The notes beneath the pieces were generated by a model. It saw only the letters and a list, made by a program, of their open reading frames with translations. It made no database searches and was not told the DNA's origin. 64,000 nucleotides of DNA. It comes from Amoeboaphelidium protococcarum X5 (Eukaryota > Fungi > Aphelidiomycota). The position numbers were made by a program, and so were the translations under genes. Location of the stretch: NCBI GenBank assembly GCA_023515725.1, contig JALDTO010000162.1:1-64000 (forward strand). Reading direction: 5' to 3'. Below, piece after piece: positions 42,328 through 55,262 of the stretch (positions are counted from its first letter, which is position 1; each line of letters opens with the position of its first letter).

Positions 42328-43260
42328 TCAAACATCGCGGCGAAAGTTGTAATTTTTTATCACAATCCGGTCTACTAGGGATGGCATGATTACATTGAGC
42401 AATTTCAACAGCCAAAAGAACTGAGGAACCCAAATCTCTCTATGCCCACTTCGAATACCAGCATACATTTTGGTGGCACAATCATCAGCAGACATGGAAA
42501 ACAGGGATGAAACTTTGGCTGAACCTGAATAAGAAGCTGTTGCAGTATCTGTTGCCTCAAGCGAATATTTGCGGAAATCTGTCTCTATACGGCCGGGACA
42601 GACAATGGACACATTTACCCCATAGTGAGCCAATTCAATCCTCAAAGAGTCAAAGAAGCCGTTCAGCGCGTGCTTTGTAGATGCATACAAACTCCTAGTC
42701 GGTGGACTGACATAAGCAGCGGCACTGGACACGACAACAATATTGGACGCGGACTTCTTGATGATATCGTATGCCTGAGTAACAAAGTTGATAGGTGCAA
42801 TCACATTTGTCTAATATATCTACTACACTATGTGACCATTATCGGAACGTGCAGACAGTTCCTCAACGGAAAGACACGACGTGACAGCAGCGTTCCAGAC
42901 GACTTCATCCAAATTTGAACTAAAAGTGCTACGTACAGAGTCAACAATACACACTATTCCATCAGCGGTAGTTATATCAGCAGCGACATACTCGACAAAG
43001 CCAGCGCCATTGAAATCTAATCTATCAGAAGTAATCTCATCAGCCAGCTACTTTAAATTCTCCACATTACGCGCGATCATTAAAAGGTTGCATTCAGGTA
43101 ATTTGTGCCCATACACTTTAGCTAGAGATGCGCCAATACCTCTACTAGCACCGACAATGAGGACATTCTTTGGAGTTTTAGTCTTTTATTTACGCAAAAT
43201 TTTAATCAGCGCCGCTGTTAAAGCAATTACGGCTCCAGTTACAAGAAATCCGTTCGACGT
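42328..43260 (-). CDS. Short-chain dehydrogenase/reductase with an N-terminal anchor; no in-frame ATG before the Rossmann motif (ACG at 43260 is the candidate start)
   Basis: VGASRGIG; WNAA; VSS; catalytic YASTK; VCPGRIET. Confidence 0.85.
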
Positions 43261-43339
43261 CTCAAGCGTGATCACCGAAAAGTTTCAGCTACGGAAGGAA
43301 ACGATAGGGAAAGCCTGTCACATTATTAGGTTATACATC

Positions 43340-44299
43340 ATGGACGACTTGGATGAGTTTGATAAGTTAATTTAGATTCTGGAAATAAAATAAGATACAG
43401 CCAAGAGTCTAATGTAATAATATAGACCAGAAAAGGTTCTAAGTGTCAGCGATCTAATTAAACCTCTCTACTGCGAGGTTCAACACGAGTATGAATTGCG
43501 TACAGGACAGAGGATTGAAACAGAGAAGATGAAATAGGGAACTAAGTTTCATTTAAAACTAGAACTGGAGGTGCATGATATTGTGTAAATATAAGTGGAT
43601 ACTATATAAGATTAATGGGCGATAAGATTGTTGAATCTGTAACTGGCTATTTAAATGCTCCATAGCACTGGGAGAGCTAGAGAAGTACCTGTGTTTGGAT
43701 ACGTTGATGATGACGCGATTCTAGTCCGCGGTGTCATTGATGAACTGCGAATGGATGAGAATATATAAACTATTACTATTATTGATCATAAGACTAGAGG
43801 TTCCAATTATTTACCATCTGAATCTCAAGTTAATCAGACCAAGTTTCAATTAATGATGTACAAGTAACTGTTATTGCAATTGATCGAGAACGCTCACGAT
43901 CTTGGGTAATTCACATCGAAACTACGACTAGACAACAATAAACATCTCAACACGCAAGTGCAACGTCATATATAAACTATTGGCTTAAGTATGTAAAGTT
44001 GCACGTTGTCTGGAATATTCGAAATTCTATCAAGTTCACTATCCACCATTCAAACCAATACTCATCAATTAGAAATCATCTATCACTTCAATAATGAATA
44101 GAGATAGAATGTGCAAATAACAGAAGATCAAGATTAACTGAAGAAATGGCTTTAAAGTTCACTCGAGTTTTGGAAAAGCCTGCGTCGACCGCAAGGAGTC
44201 TGTGACTAAGATTGCTGGAAGTGTCAATCGTGCCCGTACAAGGATGTCTGCTGGTGGCGTCAATTACAACATTTACAGCATGTATCGCGGTAAAATTGA
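43340..44299 (+). CDS. EXO5: Exonuclease V (Fe-S, PD-(D/E)xK fold)
   Basis: LSVSDLIKPLYCEVQHEY; GTKFHLKLELEVH; REVPVFG; GVIDEL; DHKTR; QLMMY; KCQSCPYKDVCWW. Confidence 0.92.
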
Positions 44300-44455
44300 T
44301 ATTTTTACTTTATGATGAAGTAATTTTTAATTATAAGGGATTCTGATTTTATCTAACGTTGGGTGCCCCTTGATTTTTGCTGTTGCGATTTTCTCGATTT
44401 TCATTTTCAATCGTTTTAACTTATTGTGATAAAGCACGATATAGATTAATAAATT

Positions 44456-45451
44456 ATGAGCGATTAATAGCAGGATTAGTCTAGTCACCTAGAACGCTTG
44501 GAGTTGCAGCTAACAGAGGCGTAGTAAGAATAGCTGCAGCTGTAAGAACAGCATGATATTTTAGAGGAGGCTCTCAATTTGTCATCCGCGGCATAGTAAG
44601 AGCCAATCGCTGAACAAGTCCATTTCTAACCGACGCCAGTTGATCCTGTGGCGATTTTAAAATTGGTGTAAGCTCGCTGTGCAGATTAACCCGAATTTTA
44701 CCCAAAGCTAGTAGAGTATCTTAATGATTTATCTAAAGATTTTACCAATTTGAAGGATTTTCTGGATCAATGCGTGGATCTGCTATAAAATTATCCAGAT
44801 TTAGTAATGTAGCTGAATCAGTTTCTCCCAGAAGGATATGCCGTATTGTATGATCCATAATCTCAAGATTCGGCGTTTAATATAGTGCAACCTGCAGAAG
44901 TTGCAAGTGCTGAGATGATATAGCACGCGATATAACCATTGATTGATTCGATTACTGCGGAAGAGGTAATGCGTCCTCTTGGTTCGCAGTTTGAGCCCAC
45001 TTTGGGAGATGCCAAAGCTTTCCTGTAGCTGGTAAAGGCGCGCGTCGAGAATCCCAAGATATATGACGACTTTATGGACGCAATGGAAGAGCATCGTAGA
45101 AGCCGGTCCAAGAAGAAGACCAGAAAGTTGAAGAACAAAGTGGTGAATCTCCTTAATGATTATCCTGATCTCTTATTCGTTATGCGTTTGTTTCTGCCTG
45201 AGGAGGAGTAGATCTCGGTTGAAGCATCATCACTGTCACTCGTACAATACAGTCCTCTGCTACCATTATACGCGCGTTTTGTCCAGGAAGTATTTGTACC
45301 TATCCCAGCCATCACTGGTCTACTCCACTCTGAACTTTTGAATGCTGCCACTGATTTGCAAAATTCAAATGTCGCCGATCTGCTCGAAGTTCACACCACT
45401 GACAATTAGAATGAATAGTAGGAAGATGTCGCTCCTGCGGTGGGACAATGA
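44456..45451 (+). CDS. Stand-alone protein with two PAH (paired amphipathic helix) domains (331 aa)
   Basis: LVQARCADQPEFY...LLQNYPDLVMQLNQFLPEGY and DAKAFLQLVKARVENPKIYDDFMDAM...LLNDYPDLLFVMRLFLP. Confidence 0.8.
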
Positions 45452-45541
45452 AGTTTTATATGTTATTATCATTGTTTTCGTTTGCGTCATCTTTTAATTT
45501 CTTTAGCTCCTTAGCATTCGATCACTTAATTTGGTTGCGCT

Positions 45542-46258
45542 ATGACTTTTGGCTTGATATAGATTGGTGAAAGTTAGTATAAGTACAGTTTGAGTAATGT
45601 GATTGACGTGTCGAGGAAAATAAGTTCTGCTAGTGAAACTACAGCCTTTGGACTTGGTGCGCTTAAGATCCAGAAGTTATGCAGTGTTAATGATGGCGCG
45701 TCAGTGAACTGCTCGTCTGTCCAATTAATACCTCATGCTCACTCAACGCATACCGAGTGTGTTGGTCACATCAATAAAGATGGTACTAACATTTCGGATC
45801 TTATAGCATAAGTTCCACCGTTAATGCTCTGTCAAGTAGTCTCTGTTGAAAGCGTATAAATTGACAATGGCGATCAAGTCTTAAATCTATCTGATACCAC
45901 GTTGCAACCGGGTGTACAAGCTTTGATGGTCAATGTCATCGGACAGAGTAAGAGTATGGACTTTAGTGGCTCTAATCCACCGTATCTTGATGCCGAGTCT
46001 ATTATTTCGCTGCGACGTCAGTGTCCATCACTGAAACATTTGTTGACGAATCTGCCCAGTGTGGATCGAGAGGATGATGGTGGCAAGCTGCAGGCACACA
46101 AAGCTTTATTTGATCAGAATCCACATGGCACTATAACTGAGCTGTGCTATATTCCGGATGCGATATAGGAAGGTCTCTATGTTCTCAACCTTCAAATGAT
46201 GCCACTTGAAATGGACGCGACAACTTCGCGGCCTCTTCTCTTCCCCGTCTTATCCTGA
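45542..46258 (+). CDS. Cyclase-family / kynurenine formamidase-like metal hydrolase (238 aa)
   Basis: PHAHSTHTECVGHI; FSGSNPPYL; LPSVDREDDGGKLQAH; TITEL. Confidence 0.88.
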
Positions 46259-46313
46259 TCTTTATCGTTATCGATGAAAATTGATAGTGAATCTCAAACA
46301 AAATAAATATATT

Positions 46314-46916
46314 ATGGCTAATGTAATTGAATTGAGATTATTAGATCAGCGGATATCATTCGATATCAGTGGTAGCAATTTATCTGATATATAGCATCAC
46401 GTACAGAATGCATTTTAATCTGATTGTTTTCGACTGACAACGTTGGGTGGTGCACTAATTTCTTCTAATAATGATCTGCAAAACTATGACACTATATGTG
46501 TTAGATTGAATGTGCTTGGAGGTAAAGGTGGATTCAAGAATTAGCTTAGAAGTATGGCTAATAAAATGGATCGTCGAAGGACAGATAATAATGAGGAATG
46601 TCGTGATTTGAGCGGTACAAAATTGAAAGTTGAACGTTAGGCTGAGAAATTGGCAGACTTTTAGTTGAAATCTGTGCAGAATAGTAGCTATAGTAGTAAG
46701 AGCAGAAATGAGGACAGGATGAAGAAGTTGGAAAAGAAGATTTCGTAAAAGACTAGGGCCATACCAGACGCATAGCCAGTGGAAATAGGCGAAGAGTTGT
46801 TTGAGTCTAAAGACTTTGTTGTTCAGAACACGCGACGAATGGTCGTCAAGTCTCTCCTCCTGCGGAAGAATGACAGAAAGTCTCCGAACAATAATGACGA
46901 TGACTCTACAAAGTGA
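46314..46916 (+). CDS. SDE2: Sde2 (ubiquitin-fold precursor, splicing factor)
   Basis: UBL-like N-terminus ending VLGG-KGGF, followed by CRDLSG. Confidence 0.88.
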
Positions 46917-47096
46917 CGTGTATATTGTTTTAAAATTGCTTCCATTTGTTCGTCATATATATCCTTTCTTCTCTTCACTTGCTTACTTCTGCCAACTTTT
47001 ACTACTCTATAATCAAATTACGATAATTACTAGACTCTTTGACGCGTGTCTTTCAGTATGACTTTTAAAATAAATGCATGTGTGCAGGTTACTCCT

Positions 47097-47389
47097 ATGG
47101 GAAAGGAGCAGAAATCGGTAAGCTTAAGCATATAAATGGCGTAATTCAATGATAAGTCGTGATAATCAATCACTTGTCTGCGTAGTTGAAGAAGGAAATT
47201 GAAATGTGTCGTTAAACATTTGAAACAAGCGGTTTGAAGCCGCAGACGAATCAGGTGGCGACCACGTTGGAATTGGAGTCACCAAAGCAGTTGACGTCTC
47301 CTCTTAATGAGATACTGCTGAACCTGAAGAAGGATGGCTGGTAGAGTGCTTCAGTGGCCATTCTGATGGAGTCTGAATTCAGTGAGTGA
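47097..47389 (+). CDS. Small spliced hypothetical protein (intron 47118-47185); model may be incomplete
   Basis: ATG, GTAAGC...GCGTAG intron, open second exon ending at TGA. Confidence 0.4.
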
Positions 47390-47762
47390 GTTCGAGCTGA
47401 ATCTCGTGGCATAATGTAAAGTCTTCTCGCGGTCATGTTGAATTGCAACGACTCTAATCTATGAGCATTGTTAAATAAATTATTATTCTACTGTTTTTTT
47501 TTATTAGAGCTTCTTCATTACAGCAGCGAGGCGAAATATTCACCTTTGTCGATATCCCAGCGAACGTGTTATGTAGAAGAGTTTGATAGCGAACGAGACT
47601 GTGTTACAACAATGCTCTAACGCACATCTCTAATAATGCAACGACAAAACTTGAGAGCTTAAACGATATGCATGAAAAACGCCAATTGAATAAGTAAATA
47701 AACAGTATAAATATATAATTATTTATATTGAAATGAAGTTCGTAGATACTATCACACCTTAA

Positions 47763-48828
47763 TCAGCGGATGATGCGCAAGTCTCTGACACGATCAGGCG
47801 CGTACTCATCCTTGTACTTATCGAAAATCTCCTATAGAGCATCAACGTACTTTCCATGATATTCAGCGATCAACTCTGGGGAAGGATTCTCGGTTTTGGG
47901 GACACTTATTGGTTTTCCAACAACAGTGATGATTGGGCGACGGCGTGGTAAGAAGCCAAAATCGTACTGGAAGAATCCTCGTCCATAAGGAATACATGGA
48001 GCTATACTTACATATTTCAGGAACCACTGTTGCCACTTACGCAGAACAGTACCATCAGAATTGGCAACTTGGTTAAAAATGTCATTCTCGCCGAAACTTA
48101 GCACCGGCACCAGATCGCAACCATTAGACAACGCCACCTTTATGAAACCACGACGCTTATTCAATGTCAAGTCAATGGTACCTGGATGCGCATCCAAAGC
48201 CTCTCTTGCACCACCAGGAACCAATATAATAGAATTGCCTTTAGCTACACTTATGTTGTCATGTAATAAAATAATAAATATGTTGAATCAATTAAGAAGG
48301 CATCAAAGAAATACCTTTCTTCAGGATGTAGTCGCAACTCTTGCGCGACACGGAGCATATACCAGACGCGAGTAGAAACTCTCTCCAGATGGGGAAGCGA
48401 AAGTTGGCATTCAAAGTTAGAGCATGTATTTTAATGCCGGGGAATACTTTGGAAATGTTATTTGCTTCAGTGCAAAAGTTAATCCAGAGACCAGTAGCAA
48501 TTATGCCATGAGGATGGTAACCAAATATGTAATTTCTCTCAGGATCAAGATCAGCTTCTTTAACCAGTCTGCACGGGAAGTAGTTGCGCATCTACAACCA
48601 GAACTTGCTCTTACGGACCCAGTCCAATCTTCTGCCGCCATGCTCGGGAGCGGAATCAAAGTAAACGTATATAGCGTACGCAATCAGCACCGGATAAGTC
48701 ACAGGAGTTAGCAGGCAGAATATGGTGACCGCGAGATTAATAAAGAACAGAGACGCTGTAATAGCCACCGATAAAGTTTCTATTCTTCTATGGAATGGCA
48801 CGTTCAGCGGAGCGAAACTTATCGACAT
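47763..48828 (-). CDS. DGAT2: Diacylglycerol O-acyltransferase 2; intron 48245-48314
   Basis: FAPLNVPFHRR; YFP; FGYHPHG; VPGGAREAL; RRGFIK; VPVLSFGEND; VVGKPI. Confidence 0.96.
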
Positions 48829-48961
48829 TATACTTCTAGAGTGAGGATTGGTGATGTGGGCGTAGTGTGATTACGGAATTGTCGGAGCAGCAGATTGGGT
48901 AGTAACAACAACGGAAAAATTCGCGAGTTATGCGGAGAGTATTAAGCCGCAGATTTAAAAT

Positions 48962-50239
48962 TCACACGCGATCGATTGAAAGAGAATGGAAGATGCTATT
49001 AGAGACTTTACATTACAATTATTTTATATTTTCATTCTTAAAATGTTGCATCAATTCATTGGCAGTCATTATGTGTGAACGTTTCAAATGCGCATTTTTG
49101 ATACCAAGCCATCCACTTGAGCACTTGAGGTAGAGAGTGTTACTTAGCGAACTGTGATAATACGGCAACTGATCAGTTTCAAAAACGTGTGGACATAGTA
49201 ACCTCAACTATTTATCCGATTCTTCAGGAGATAAAATCTCATTTACATAGACATCCGTGTAGAATAGTTAGGTGTGTATAGTAAACTAGTGTCCAATTGC
49301 CAAATGTCTCCTGTATATACTTGCCGCAGACATCTTCAAAGGATCAATGAACGCGAGCGCACTCTTGATTTTGGGAGCCTTGGAGGTTCTATTAGAAATG
49401 TCACCCAGATTTATGGAATCTTGAGATAAAGCACTTTCAGAATATTAAGAGAAATTGTGAATGACAGATACCAGGTCGGAAGCACCGATAGCTGCAAATT
49501 AGCGATGCAGATCTCCATATGAAATGTACTAAGGCATTTTTACACGCGTCTACTTGTACACTTTACCAACGTCAAACTGATAAGGATGAAGCGATATTAT
49601 AGATACACCGCCAACTTTATCGCCATTCAAAATCTGGCATTGCAACGGAGCAGCTCCTCGATATCTACATTATTAAAGGTGGTAAATAAGATTAAGCCTT
49701 TCTTCTAAACAATCATCATACTTTGGTAATAAGGATGGATGTACATTTAATGAGCCCTATCTAAATCGCTATATCAAATCTGCAGATAGTTTATGACCAA
49801 AGGACACTACAACGCCAAAATCAAACTTCTATTAACCAAAACTGACATCGACAGCTTTATGATCAACGCGATCAGCGATTGGTTAATGGAGCGTCAACTG
49901 ATGCGCAAGAGCAAATCGTTCCAAAGGCACTTGAGGAACTAAACTATCATAATTTATACTCTAAATACACTTGGCTTTCAAAAATTACCTAAAGATTAAT
50001 CAATTGACGCGTATTACCTTGATGGAGTAACAACTTCTATTCTATCAATCACACTATCAGTTCTCTCTACATGATTTGTTAATGGGATAGCTCATATCAA
50101 ATTGTTCGCTTAAAACGATAAGCTTACATCTATATCGCAGAAGGGCTTTGAGTGACGTGACTGAAAAGTCACAGCTCCCAAAGAATAACACAGACTATTT
50201 GGCCTACTTACTGATTGTTGTCATAGCCTCCAATTTCAT
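48962..50239 (-). CDS. FMT1: Mitochondrial methionyl-tRNA formyltransferase; introns 50067-50127 and ~49939-49988
   Basis: VLFFGSCDFS; FDFGVVVSFG; LNVHPSLLPKY...YRGAAPLQ; GVSI; APKIK. Confidence 0.85.
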
Positions 50240-50369
50240 TCCCTTTGATATTAAGTAATGGTCAGAAAGTGAAGGTGAAAAATTGCAGCGACAGCAAAGC
50301 TGGGCTATATAACGCGATAATTGAAGCAATCAATACGAAAGAGACAATGAATATCAACTGTACTGCTTA

Positions 50370-50801
50370 TCACTTGTACCATACATCGTCCTTACTCCTC
50401 ATATGGATCGGAACTTCATAATCAGGAGCATCGGGGATAGTCTTCTTATAACCAAAGTTCTTGTACATGCACTGATTGAGCATCTTCTCCTGATCTCTGC
50501 ACTTCCAGTAATAGTTGTTGTTCTACTGTAGACATTTCCAGTGCGAATCAAAAGACTCTTTGCATTTATCATCAGTCTTCTGCACAAGATCTCTGACGCA
50601 TCTACTCACACGGCGACCTTCTAATGCACACATTGCCGGATCACCATTATCTCGCTTGCACAGCATGTAGTCATCATTGTAATCCTTGCAGTGTTCATTA
50701 ATGAAATAGGCGATACTAACCAGAGGAGTCTATGTAGTCTCCAGCTCTTTAAAAGACTCTGGAGTAGGATTTTTGTAATCAGGAGAATACGAACTTGTCA
50801 T
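50370..50801 (-). CDS. NDUFA8: Complex I subunit NDUFA8 (quadruple CX9C)
   Basis: AYFINEHCKDYNDDYMLCK...CALEGRRVSRC...CKESFDSHWKCL...CRDQEKMLNQC. Confidence 0.92.
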
Positions 50802-50996
50802 TCTAATTTTTGTAGCACTTTAATTATAAGTAGATCCAGTGTGAAGATTAGTGAGAGAACGACTGTTGATTGAACGCCAGTAAAAACACGTCGCGTCCGC
50901 CATTTGTTCTTTCGCGATAAGTTTCTCTCAATTCGTTCCTTGAAAAAGATTTGCTTTATTCTTCTAGTGAATTATCAGTGCAGAACGAGATATAAA

Positions 50997-51443
50997 ATGG
51001 CAGATTCTAATGACAGAATAGTTGATGATAAACGGGTAGTGATTTTAAAATCTAATGATGGATAATTGTTTGAGTTGGAACGAGACGTGGCCATGGGTTC
51101 AGGCACTCTGCGGGGCATGCTGGAGTCTTCACGTAATTTTTTAAATTATCGTTCTCAAGTGTCGATATTTTGATCAATCTCTCTTCTGGTCTGTGTGTAG
51201 AGGATGATTCCAACGACTCATCTGAACCAGTTTTATTACCTTCATTGAAGTAATATCCATCCACCGTCATGGTATAAAAAGTATTTATTATCAATTTGTA
51301 GTGGAGCAATACTTGCCAAAGTTATCGACTATTTGAGATACAAGGCTCAGTATTCCAACTCAAAGTCTCAGATACCAGAATTTGACATTGATCCTGCAAT
51401 CGCTCTCGATCTGTTGATGGCTGCAGACTACCTTGATTGTTGA
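50997..51443 (+). CDS. ELC1: Elongin C; introns 51133-51200 and 51250-51301
   Basis: ILKSNDGQLF...SGTLRGML; ILAKVIDYL.YK; IPEFDIDPAIALDLLMAADYLDC. Confidence 0.92.
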
Positions 51444-51505
51444 TAGATCTGATGTATGAAATATGTGTATTGATTAAGAATAAGAGATTTCACAAATTTA
51501 CAAAT

Positions 51506-51537
51506 ACACACACACACTCTCTCTCTCTCTCTCTCTC
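51506..51537. repeat. (CA)n(CT)n microsatellite
   Basis: Visible directly in the sequence. Confidence 0.85.
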
Positions 51538-51813
51538 TTTGTGCTATTGTATCTGCGGTGATACTTTGCTGTGAGTGTTCTTCTTTCGTCGCAGGAAGCA
51601 CCTTTTACAGAGGAAACGACGATTATTTCTCGGCCCGTTGTTGTTTCAGCCAACTTTCTGCAGTTTTCCCACGACGAACGTTCGAACGCTCGACCGGCAG
51701 GCGACAAACAACAACAAAACTTTGTCGAACTAAGCCTTCATTCCGCGCGATTTCTTGGACGTATTAAGAAAATCTTTAACAATAAAACATTCTGAATTTA
51801 TATTGAAAATATC

Positions 51814-53697
<1,884 letters not shown>

Positions 53698-53818
53698 TTT
53701 GGTGGTGTGATTTGTATTTTTACTATCTGAAATGAACGAGATGTTAGTTGCACACCATTGTAATTAATGAAATATCTTATCTGAATATAGCAGTCTATGT
53801 GCATACTTTTTCACTTCA

Positions 53819-54862
53819 TCATTATCTTACAGTTAGTCTATAATCTTGGACAATACTATTTGTACCAACAATAAAAACGTACACTCCGCCCAATACGTGC
53901 CACATTGGATGAGTGACAGCGACGCCCTTTCGATCGAGGATAAAACAGATCACGGCCGATATTCCAATTAGATCTATTACCCAATTCGTCAACGGAATTT
54001 ACGCGTTAAATCTAGTACCCAGCATGAGGAACGGTGTAATAACAGAGATAGTTTTGGTGGCCAGCATAGCAGTTGATTTATCCCATCTGTAGATGAACAA
54101 GAGTAGAAGCGCCAAGAATCCGGGCATTGTCAATGCTAATTACATCAAATCAAAATCTGAGCATAACTATCCACAAAGTTGAGATATCCATTCAGTATCT
54201 AATGATTATTATTATTATTATAAATAGAAATACCTTGCGTGAACCTTCCATACAGAGCACGCGAGAAGATACGCCATAACTGTAGCAAAACCGGCATCGA
54301 GAGAACTGTATATCTTGCATAGACATTGGTGATACTTGGTGGACATTACTGCTGTGAACACACTGAAACATAGGCAGAGATGAGTAAAGAAAGTGAATTC
54401 AACTTACTGAGGATTAGATGTTATTATCTTCCAAGTATCTTGGACCATGATCAAAGATGAAGTATTCAATGGATATATGTATAGTACCGCTGGCAGAGCA
54501 AATGCCGGACTTGTGACTGTGCACCAAAATTCAGCTACGTGTTTGCTCATTGCATACTTTGGTTCCATAGTGACCACATTGGCTTTTCTAAACATGCGCT
54601 AAAACACCGTAGCATGATTATGATGGTGCTTGATGACATCCTTTTTGTCATGATTCTTCTATTGCTTATCGTTATCATAATGTACATCTGTTGAAAAATC
54701 TTCTTCATCATCATTCACTTGCTGACGAAAGTCAACATGTAGATCATTATCTTAACTCGATTTGAGTGGCTTCCGTTGTTTCAACTGAGATGGTGGAGTG
54801 TCCAAGAATTTAAACCAAACTTGCAACACTTCAATCGGAGTACTGATAGATAATCTAGACAT
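53819..54862 (-). CDS. Alkaline ceramidase-like (CREST superfamily) membrane hydrolase
   Basis: EPKY...VAEFWCTVTS; STKYH; SLD; HPMWHVL; an in-frame (TAA)5 reads as Gln5. Confidence 0.8.
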
Positions 54863-55262
54863 TCTTTGCTAATTTAAGCTGCTACTATACTACTTCAACT
54901 TATTATGCTTACATGATATTGTAAAATCAAAAGTTCGAATTTGTGGAATGTTAATCACCAGCCACAATACGTCGTCGCCATAGAGATGATACACGCGGTT
55001 AATATACGATCATAGTAAAGACGCGCTCAAAGTCGAAATACTAAAAGTGAAGCATTATCTGCATAGCATTATATTTTTATTTATTCTTTTGTTTATCATT
55101 ATCATTTCATCGCGTCGCATACGCATTATGTCATTATTTTTTAACGTCAATCATCAGTCAATCATTCAGCCGCGCCATGGACACCAATTCAATCCAACCA
55201 TAAGTCAATCAATCAATCAAGATAGATAGATAAATCGGCAATATTCTTTCAACATATCAACT

